Shown piece after piece: positions 27,297-33,864 of a stretch of 39,429 nucleotides of DNA; position 1 is the first letter of the stretch; each line of letters begins with the position of its first letter. The stretch covers positions 1 to 39,429 of the forward strand of contig DATDTS010000070.1 of NCBI GenBank assembly GCA_035290745.1, read 5' to 3'. The DNA comes from Candidatus Bilamarchaeaceae archaeon (lineage in GTDB: Archaea; Micrarchaeota; Micrarchaeia; Anstonellales; Bilamarchaeaceae). The notes under the pieces are model-generated. The model made no database searches. It worked only from the letters and a program-made list of their open reading frames with translations, and had not been told where the DNA came from. A program made the position numbers and the translations under genes.

Positions 27297-27304
27297 TTTA
27301 TATA
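27297..27304 (+). promoter_or_regulatory. TATA-box-like TTTATATA upstream of the tRNA-Leu leader module
   Basis: TTTATATA lies 27-34 nt upstream of the first G of the minihelix at 27331. That spacing is the usual archaeal TATA-to-start distance. Confidence 0.4.
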
Positions 27305-27330
27305 TTCTTTTTATTGTGTATTATCTTTAT

Positions 27331-27369
27331 GCAGGGATCTTATTGAACATTTTGTTCAATTCTCCCAGC
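27331..27369 (+). other. 39-nt leader minihelix copying the acceptor strands of the downstream tRNA
   Basis: Reads GCAGGGA-TCTT-ATTGAAC-ATTTT-GTTCAAT-TC-TCCCAGC. An 11-nt spacer AGTTCATTCAT (27370-27380) follows, then tRNA position 1 at 27381. Confidence 0.6.
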
Positions 27370-27380
27370 AGTTCATTCAT

Positions 27381-27709
27381 GCAGGGATGACGGAGCGGTC
27401 AAAAGCTTTTTGGCTACTTATAAACATTTGCCAAAAACCTTGGAAAAAGGCATATTGCAATTCTTTAGTGTGGCTGTCCAAACGTGCTAGGTTGAGGTTC
27501 TTTTGGATTAGCAAGTCCGTTTTTGGACTCGCTTTTCCTAAAAAGCGAGAGCCTAGTGGCTTAGTGCTTGCGAGAAACTTTTGACTTCGGTCATTCATAC
27601 GCCAAAAGTTTCATCAAAAGGCGTAATGTTCGCATAAGTTCGAACCTTCGCCAACTTTGTTGGTGAATTTTTAACGAAGCACAGCGAAGTTAAAACCTCT
27701 CTCCCTGCA
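27381..27709 (+). tRNA. interrupted class II tRNA gene, best reading tRNA-Leu(GAG), 329-nt locus with three long insertions
   Basis: The acceptor stem GCAGGGA pairs 7/7 with TCCCTGC (27702-27708), with discriminator A at 27709. The 5' end GCAGGGATGACGGAGCGGTCAAA has a Leu/Ser-type D loop. D stem ACG closes with CGT only after skipping 79 nt (27404-27482). The anticodon arm is CTAGG-TTGAGG(T) at 27487-27498, closing with CCTAG at 27552-27556 after about 53 nt. The anticodon GAG is at 27494-27496. The long variable arm is TGGCTTAGTGCTTGC. T stem GAGA(27572-27575)+G(27689) pairs with CTCTC after about 113 nt. Predicted mature length is 84 nt. The T loop TTAAAAC is atypical (A at position 56), so the 3' part is the weakest. 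Confidence 0.55.
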
Positions 27710-27732
27710 TTTATTTTTAAGCCCAAAATCTG

Positions 27733-28020
27733 TCAAAAAAATTTGAGGGCATGTGACACAAAAAAAGCAATGATTGCCATTGTTGATATTGCCAAGACTG
27801 GAATAAGAAATTTTTCCTGCTTTTTTATCTCTATTTTTGGGCCAAATAATGAGATTACTATAAATAATCCGATTGAAATAATCCCCTTTCCGAGCCAGTG
27901 ATGCCAAAAATTATTGGCTAACCAATCTTTTGCTGGTTTGTATAATTCAGCAAATATCGTTATTGTTGCAATGAAGACAATTACCAATAATGTTGCTAGA
28001 AACACAGATTCAATTTTCAT
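27733..28020 (-). CDS. small three-helix membrane protein, hypothetical
   Basis: Strongly hydrophobic 95-aa ORF. Its ATG overlaps the stop of the upstream gene (ATGA). Preferred over the overlapping 27671..27907 ORF. Confidence 0.45.
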   Translation of the reverse strand: MKIESVFLATLLVIVFIATITIFAELYKPAKDWLANNFWHHWLGKGIISIGLFIVISLFGPKIEIKKQEKFLIPVLAISTMAIIAFFVSHALKFF

Positions 28021-28481
28021 ACCTTTGCCTCCAATGCTGCGCGTGCAGCGTTCGAGATTAGCGCTCCTACAAATTCCATCATAAAACCAAATAAAACTAT
28101 TGTTACTGCAATTATCAAAAGCGTTCTTCTAACTTCTTCAATCCTATTACTATAATTTTTTATTAAAAAAACCTCAAGAAAAGCAAGAAAAGGTAAAAAC
28201 AAAAACAAATGTTCTTTAACTTCCATACCAATAGAATGAACCCATTCTGCCTCTTCTTTTACGAGTGGTTTTACATTTGGGCCATAAACTGTTACGTAAT
28301 AATATCCACCCATTATCCAAGATCCCAAAAGTGCAACCAATCCTAAAACGGAAAGTATCTGAATCCTATCAATGCTTTGTTTATTTATCCTAGATAAAAT
28401 TAAGAGTTCTATGGCGATCCACATAAAAGTCATAAAACCAAAGGCGCCAGCAATTGCATGAAACACAATTAATAAATTCAT
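28017..28481 (-). CDS. four-helix membrane protein with conserved-looking His residues, hypothetical
   Basis: 154 aa with four hydrophobic helices and His at positions 8, 82 and 91. It starts 17 nt after the nrdG stop on the same strand. Confidence 0.5.
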   Translation of the reverse strand: MNLLIVFHAIAGAFGFMTFMWIAIELLILSRINKQSIDRIQILSVLGLVALLGSWIMGGYYYVTVYGPNVKPLVKEEAEWVHSIGMEVKEHLFLFLPFLAFLEVFLIKNYSNRIEEVRRTLLIIAVTIVLFGFMMEFVGALISNAARAALEAKV

Positions 28482-28498
28482 TTTTTCACTCCTTTAGA

Positions 28499-29197
28499 TT
28501 ATTCGAGCCCTCTTATTCCAACATTTTGTACATACCTCTCAGCTATCTTTTTAAATGTTTTCAGTTGCTCTGCTGAATACGGTTCAATCTTAGAAAATTT
28601 TGGGTTAATATGTGTTTTAGTTGGCCTAAATTGCTGAAGGAAATATCTTTTTGCGCCTTTTATCCACTTTCCAATCTCTTCAGCTTCTTTTTCATCAAAT
28701 TGCGTTGGCACAACGGTTGTTCTGAATTCATAATCAACCTCTCCGTTAATTAAGAATTTTATTGTCTCTTCAATTTTAGACAAATCTATTTTAACCCCAA
28801 CAACTTTTTCATAATTCTCCTTTGATGCTTTCACATCCATTGCTATGTAGTCTAAAAGTTTCTTATCACACAATTCCTTAACCTTCTCTGGATTGAGTCC
28901 GTTAGTATCAAGTTTAATAGCGTAGCCCATTCCTTTTATTTTTTTACATAGTTCATCAAGATCAGGATAAAGGGTTGGTTCTCCTCCAGTTATACAAACC
29001 CCCTCAAGGTACTTTTTCTTTTTTTCAAGAAAAGAAATAACCTCATCATCGTCTATTTTCTGGAGTTTTCTGCTGTTGAGAACGAGATCAACATTATAAC
29101 AGTATCCGCATCTTAACTGACATTCCCCTAAAAATAAAGTACAGCAAATCTTTCCAGGAAAATCTATCAGTGATGTTTTTTGTATGCCATTTATCAT
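28499..29197 (-). CDS. nrdG: anaerobic ribonucleoside-triphosphate reductase activating protein (radical SAM)
   Basis: SLIDFPGKICCTLFLGECQLRCGYCYN contains the CxxxCxxC cluster motif. GGEPTL is present. Adjacent to nrdD. Confidence 0.85.
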   Translation of the reverse strand: MINGIQKTSLIDFPGKICCTLFLGECQLRCGYCYNVDLVLNSRKLQKIDDDEVISFLEKKKKYLEGVCITGGEPTLYPDLDELCKKIKGMGYAIKLDTNGLNPEKVKELCDKKLLDYIAMDVKASKENYEKVVGVKIDLSKIEETIKFLINGEVDYEFRTTVVPTQFDEKEAEEIGKWIKGAKRYFLQQFRPTKTHINPKFSKIEPYSAEQLKTFKKIAERYVQNVGIRGLE

Positions 29198-29213
29198 CTA
29201 TTTACCTAGTCCA

Positions 29214-29351
29214 TCAGTCACACGCGCATTTGTTTACTTGATATTCTTCCCTGTCTTCAAACTCCTGTTTTTTACCAACATTCCAATTTTGGACTGGTCT
29301 AAAGTATCCAACTATTCTACTATATACCTCTGTTTCTTTTCCACATTTCAT
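29214..29351 (-). CDS. stand-alone glycyl-radical C-terminal segment of NrdD (45 aa, not in the ORF track)
   Basis: My translation is MKCGKETEVYSRIVGYFRPVQNWNVGKKQEFEDREEYQVNKCACD. It contains the class III RNR glycyl-radical motif (SRIVGY) and the conserved RPVQNWNxGK. AAAGGTGATT lies 3 nt upstream of the ATG. Confidence 0.75.
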   Translation of the reverse strand: MKCGKETEVYSRIVGYFRPVQNWNVGKKQEFEDREEYQVNKCACD

Positions 29352-29375
29352 TTAATCACCTTTATTTCAATTGGA

Positions 29376-29407
29376 GGTGAGCAGTGAACGTAGTTCACTC
29401 AATCACC
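29376..29407. repeat. extended hairpin with core GTGAAC-GTA-GTTCAC spanning the stop codon of the large nrdD ORF
   Basis: GGTGA-GC-AGTGAAC-GTA-GTTCACT-CAA-TCACC. The same 15-nt core as at 10639-10653 and 10707-10721. The core here is at 29384-29398. Confidence 0.85.
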
Positions 29408-31446
29408 TTTTCGATTATTTCTTCTGATTGGTGAGGACATGTAAAATGTTCCCCTTTAATATAACCATGTTCCGGACATACACTAAACGTCGGGGTTATG
29501 GTGAAGTAAGGTAGTTTGAAGTTAAATGCAATTTTTTTGACTAATTTCATTGTTGTTTTCCAGTCATCAATTCTCTCGCCTAAAAACGAATGAAGTACGG
29601 TTCCTCCGGTATACAAAGTTTGGAATTCGTCTTGATGTTCCAAGGCTTCAAATACATCTTCTGTAAAATTAACTGGAAGATGAGTTGAATTAGTATAATA
29701 TGGTCTTTCTCTAGTGCCAGCAGTTATTATATCCGGATACAATTCCCTATCTTTTTTTGCAAATCTATACGTTGCAGATTCACATGGCGTAGCTTCAAGG
29801 TTGTAAAGATTTTGTGTTTCTCCCTGGAACACCTTAATCTCACGTCTTATAAACTCCATCACCTCAACTGCAAAAATCTTTCCCTTTTCTGTTTCTATTC
29901 CTTCTCCCATAAAATTTAGTAAAGCTTCATGCATTCCATTAATTCCAATTGTTGAGAAATGGTTTTGATAAGTTCCAAGAAACTTCTTTGTGAATGGCAT
30001 TAATCCAGCTTTAACATTTGCTTCAACCACCTTTCTTTTTATTTCAAGTGATTCCTTTGCAATTTTTAATATATACCCAAGCCTTTGAAAGAATTCTTCT
30101 TTAGTCTTAGCAATATACCCTATTCTCGGAAGATTTATTGTAACAACTCCTATGCTTCCAGTTTGATCAGCTGCCCCAAAAAGTCCGCCCATCTTATTTT
30201 TTAACTCTTTCAGATCAAGTTGAAGTCTGCAGCACATACTTCTAATATCAGATGGTTTTAGAGTACTGTTTATAAAATTCTGGAAATATGGTATCCCATA
30301 TTTTGCCGTCATTTCAAATAACAATCTTGCATTTTCTGATTCCCAGTTGAACTCATTTGTTATATTATAGGTTGGGATTGGATAAAAGAAAGCCCTTCCT
30401 TTTGCATCGCCTTCAATCATTACCTCAATAAATGCCTTGTTTATCATGTCCATTTCTTCTTGGCATTCACTATACGTAAATGTTTGTAGTTCTCCACCAA
30501 CAATTGCTGGTTCATCTTTCATATCTTCAGGCACTATCCAGTCAAAAGTAAAATTTGTAAATGGTGCCTGGCATCCCCATCTGCTTGGCACATTCAATGA
30601 AAAAACCAACATTTGAATATTTTGCTTTACTGTTTTGTATTCCAAGCCATCTTTTTTTATGAATGGTGCTAATAAGGTATCAACTGAGGAAAATGCTTGT
30701 GCTCCTGCATGTTCCATCTGCATTGTTCCTAAAAAATTCACCATTTGAACAACTGCAACCTCTAAATGTTTAGGTGGTAATGAACTGATCTTTTTTGGCA
30801 CACCACCAAACCCTGTTAATAATAAGTTTTTCAGTGACCATCCACAACAGTACCCAGTTACTCCGTACCCTAAATCATGAATATGCATATCACCATTTCT
30901 ATGTGCTTGGGCTACATTATCAGAGTAAATCTCATTAAGCGTATAATTTGCAATAATCTTTCCAGCAATATGAGACATCAAACCTGAAAAGGAATAATCA
31001 GAATTGCTGTTTTCATACACTCTCCAGTCAGTTTTTTTTAGGTATTCATCCATAGTATTCCTTACTTCTACAAATCCCCCTTGTATATTTCTAATCTTCT
31101 CATGCTGTTTTCTGTATAAAATATATCCCTTTGCAGTCTGGGCATATCCCTCTTTTATAAGTACTTTTTCTACTATATCTTGAATTTGTTCTACTGAACA
31201 TAATGCATTTTTACCATAAGCATTTTCCATTTCTTCAATTACTTTATTTGTGAGTTCGTCAGCTATCTTTTCCCCGAACTCTTGTGTTGTTTTAGCAGCA
31301 CTATAAATAGCATTTTTTATTCTTGTTTTATCAAATTTTACAATCCTCCCATCTCTCTTCTGTATAAACTGTGGTGTCTCAGATTTTGTGTTCATATTTT
31401 TCATCTCCATCTCTTTTGTGCATTTTATATTTTTAAAGGTTTCCAA
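29395..31446 (-). CDS. nrdD: anaerobic ribonucleoside-triphosphate reductase NrdD, large fragment lacking the glycyl-radical end
   Basis: ATP-cone (IQKRDGRIVKFDKTRIKNAIYSAA) and class III RNR core. The ORF ends ..FSVCPEHGYIKGEHFTCPHQSEEIIEKVIE, in the middle of the zinc-ribbon region. The true start is probably one of the ATGs at 31410, 31404 or 31395 rather than the TTG at 31446. Confidence 0.9.
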   Translation of the reverse strand: METFKNIKCTKEMEMKNMNTKSETPQFIQKRDGRIVKFDKTRIKNAIYSAAKTTQEFGEKIADELTNKVIEEMENAYGKNALCSVEQIQDIVEKVLIKEGYAQTAKGYILYRKQHEKIRNIQGGFVEVRNTMDEYLKKTDWRVYENSNSDYSFSGLMSHIAGKIIANYTLNEIYSDNVAQAHRNGDMHIHDLGYGVTGYCCGWSLKNLLLTGFGGVPKKISSLPPKHLEVAVVQMVNFLGTMQMEHAGAQAFSSVDTLLAPFIKKDGLEYKTVKQNIQMLVFSLNVPSRWGCQAPFTNFTFDWIVPEDMKDEPAIVGGELQTFTYSECQEEMDMINKAFIEVMIEGDAKGRAFFYPIPTYNITNEFNWESENARLLFEMTAKYGIPYFQNFINSTLKPSDIRSMCCRLQLDLKELKNKMGGLFGAADQTGSIGVVTINLPRIGYIAKTKEEFFQRLGYILKIAKESLEIKRKVVEANVKAGLMPFTKKFLGTYQNHFSTIGINGMHEALLNFMGEGIETEKGKIFAVEVMEFIRREIKVFQGETQNLYNLEATPCESATYRFAKKDRELYPDIITAGTRERPYYTNSTHLPVNFTEDVFEALEHQDEFQTLYTGGTVLHSFLGERIDDWKTTMKLVKKIAFNFKLPYFTITPTFSVCPEHGYIKGEHFTCPHQSEEIIEKVIE

Positions 31447-31461
31447 TAATGGTAACCATTA
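31447..31461. promoter_or_regulatory. perfect inverted repeat TAATGGT-A-ACCATTA in the nrdD / wHTH-PAS divergent intergenic region
   Basis: 7-nt arms around one central base. It lies between an A/T-rich TATA-like stretch (about 31485-31495, minus strand) and the nrdD start codons. Confidence 0.4.
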
Positions 31462-31638
31462 ATTAAATTTTGTGGTCTAAAAAGTAATTTTTATTGTGTG
31501 AAATAGATGTGACTTGAGGGTCTCATGAGTAAGATGATTTTATGTGCTCAATTCAGTAACCGTTTTTTGCTTACCTTACACCACGCTCTTAAAATCAATA
31601 GATTTAAAGGAATTAATTGTGATTTTTTTGTGTTTGAC

Positions 31639-32616
31639 ATGACTATCGACAGGAAAATTAGGGAAGAAGTTCTTGAAGCTATCCTAAAAGCAGGTTCTGA
31701 CGGATCAACCATCACAGAAATAGAGAAGAAAACCAAATTTGAGCGTCATACCCTCTCTAAATACCTAATTATTATGGCTGCCCATGGTCTGATCTACTTC
31801 AAGCAATTTGGGAAAGCAAAGGTTTGGTATGTGAACAAGGTTCCTCTTCAGAAAACCCTTGACCCAACCCACAATACCAAATCTGTTGGTGAAACCTTTC
31901 TCTCTAATATATTATCACATCTTCCATATGGACTTGTTGTTATTGATTTAGATCACAACATACTTTTTGCAAGCAATAATTTAACTGAAAGATACGGAGA
32001 TTTGGGCAATAAAAAATTTTATTCATCAATTCTTGGAAACCAAAATCCGCCTTCGCTTAAGAAATTAGAACAACTTTTTAAGGGAAATTTAAATTTAGTT
32101 GAATTTAAATTGGGTGACAAAGAAGGCAGAATCTTAAATATAAAAGCATCTAGAGTCACCAATCCAGACAAAACTACTTCTTTTGCCTTAATAATTGATG
32201 ATATTACCGAAAGGATAAAATCACAGGAAGAATTGTTTGAAAGAAAAAGTTTATTGGAAAGTGAGAGAGCTGCTCTTAACGAATCTGCAATTGTTGCTGA
32301 AACTGATTTACAAGGAAGAATAACCTATGTTAATGACAAATTTGTAGAGATTTCAGGCTATTCTACAGAAGAACTTCTTGGTAAGGATCATCGTATTATA
32401 AACTCAGGTTATCATTCAAAATCATTTTTTAAAAATATGTGGTTAACAATCTCATCTGGGAAGGTATGGAAAGGCATTATACGAAACAAGGCCAAAAACG
32501 GATCTTTTTATTGGGTTGATTCTTCTATTGCTCCAATCCTTGGTAAAAATGGTAAACCTGTTAAATATCTAGCAATTAGGTTTGATATAACAAAATGGTT
32601 AGATAAAAAAGGGTAA
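31639..32616 (+). CDS. winged-helix plus tandem PAS domain regulator
   Basis: N-terminal wHTH-like region (ILKAGSDGSTITEIEKKTKFERHTLSKYLIIMAAHGLIY). C-terminal PAS/PAC (ITYVNDKFVEISGYSTEELLGKDHRIINSG.., GSFYWVDSSIAPI). The ATG at 31639 is preferred over 31525. Confidence 0.7.
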   Translation: MTIDRKIREEVLEAILKAGSDGSTITEIEKKTKFERHTLSKYLIIMAAHGLIYFKQFGKAKVWYVNKVPLQKTLDPTHNTKSVGETFLSNILSHLPYGLVVIDLDHNILFASNNLTERYGDLGNKKFYSSILGNQNPPSLKKLEQLFKGNLNLVEFKLGDKEGRILNIKASRVTNPDKTTSFALIIDDITERIKSQEELFERKSLLESERAALNESAIVAETDLQGRITYVNDKFVEISGYSTEELLGKDHRIINSGYHSKSFFKNMWLTISSGKVWKGIIRNKAKNGSFYWVDSSIAPILGKNGKPVKYLAIRFDITKWLDKKG

Positions 32617-32620
32617 GAAA

Positions 32621-33814
32621 CTATTTGAACAGTTTTTTAATTTTATTCAAGGCCTCAGCTAGTTTATCAATCTCTTCTTTAGTATTATAAAGATAAAAGC
32701 TGGCTCTACAGGTAGCAGGCAGATTTAATCTAACATGCAATGGCATACAACAATGATGTCCACTCCTTACAGCAATCTTATATTCGTTTAACATAGCTGC
32801 CACATCATGTGCATGAACCTTATCAACATTAAAAGAAATTGCACCAGATTTTTTATTTATCTCTCTTGGCCCAACTATATCCACAATTCCTTCTAATTTT
32901 TCAAAAGCATACTTTATTAATTCAACCTCATGTTTTCTTATATTTTCCATGCCAACCTTCTTTAAATAATCAATTGCTGTTCCAAATGCAATCATTTCAG
33001 CAACTATTGGGGTTCCTGGTTCAAATTTATACGGCACAGTATTAAACTTTGTTTCATTTATGGTTACAGACTTTATCATATCCCCACCAAACATGAAAGG
33101 CGGCATTTTTTCAAGAAGTTCTTTTCTTCCAAATAGAATACCTGTTCCAAAAGGTGCAAACATTTTATGACCTGAGAATGTAAGAAAATCACAATCAATT
33201 TCACGAACATTTACTGGAAAATGAGGAACACTTTGTGCAGCGTCAACTAAGCTTATGACTCCTTCTTTTTTTGCAATTTTACATATTTTTTTAACATCAT
33301 TTATAGTCCCAAGAACATTTGAACAATGACTTACAGCGACAATTTTTGCACCTTGGATCTTATCAAATTCTTCCTCTTTCAGGGTTCCATCATTATTTAT
33401 GTCAATTACCTCAAAAATTGCCTTTTTTTTCTTTGCAAGTTGTTGCCAAGGAACAAAGTTAGCATGGTGTTCCATCACGGTAATAACTATTTTATCCCCT
33501 TGTTTAATATTTTCTTCACCCCAACTTCTCATTACCAGATTAATTGATTCAGTGGTTCCTTTTGTGTAAACAATTTCTTCCTCGTACTGTGCCCCAATAA
33601 AATCTTTTACTTTTTTTCTCAATCCATCGTATCCAAGGGTTGCATTTTCACTTATTTCATAAACCCCTCTGTGTACGTTTGCATTGTAATTTTCATAGAC
33701 CTCATTGAGTTTATCTAGTACTATTTGTGGTTTTTGACTAGTTGCATTTGAATCTAAATAAACCAGTTCAGGATGATTGCTAAAGATCGGGAAATCCTTT
33801 TTTACGTTTTTCAT
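32621..33814 (-). CDS. sufS: cysteine desulfurase (SufS/CsdA-like, class V aminotransferase)
   Basis: Motifs LDSNATSQKP, SGHKMFAPFGTGILFG (PLP lysine) and RSGHHCCMPL (active-site Cys loop). ATG at 33814 preferred. Confidence 0.85.
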   Translation of the reverse strand: MKNVKKDFPIFSNHPELVYLDSNATSQKPQIVLDKLNEVYENYNANVHRGVYEISENATLGYDGLRKKVKDFIGAQYEEEIVYTKGTTESINLVMRSWGEENIKQGDKIVITVMEHHANFVPWQQLAKKKKAIFEVIDINNDGTLKEEEFDKIQGAKIVAVSHCSNVLGTINDVKKICKIAKKEGVISLVDAAQSVPHFPVNVREIDCDFLTFSGHKMFAPFGTGILFGRKELLEKMPPFMFGGDMIKSVTINETKFNTVPYKFEPGTPIVAEMIAFGTAIDYLKKVGMENIRKHEVELIKYAFEKLEGIVDIVGPREINKKSGAISFNVDKVHAHDVAAMLNEYKIAVRSGHHCCMPLHVRLNLPATCRASFYLYNTKEEIDKLAEALNKIKKLFK

Positions 33815-33864
33815 ATAGGATATGTAAAAAGATATAATTAAAAGTTTACTCAATTGTTATTTGT

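Noticed and set aside
27285-27598. Track ORFs 27285..27584 (+) and 27377..27598 (-)
   Set aside because: They overlap each other and the tRNA-Leu-like locus with its leader. Their starts are non-ATG or unsupported, and their products have no recognisable features.
27671-27907. 78-aa track ORF overlapping the end of the tRNA-Leu locus and the 95-aa membrane ORF
   Set aside because: It is in a different frame of the same strand as the hydrophobic 27733..28020 ORF, which has an ATGA-coupled start. Its product is not membrane-like and lacks start-site context.
29349-29433. The 85 nt separating the two nrdD pieces as a bulge-helix-bulge intron spliced from the mRNA (as known for crenarchaeal cbf5)
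   Set aside because: I could pair ACAUUU/AAAUGU and CACC/GGUG around the junctions. The unpaired segments are 8-10 nt, however, not two 3-nt bulges 4 bp apart. The presence of a stop, an SD sequence and an ATG fits a genuine two-ORF arrangement better. The idea is kept only as something RNA-seq could test.
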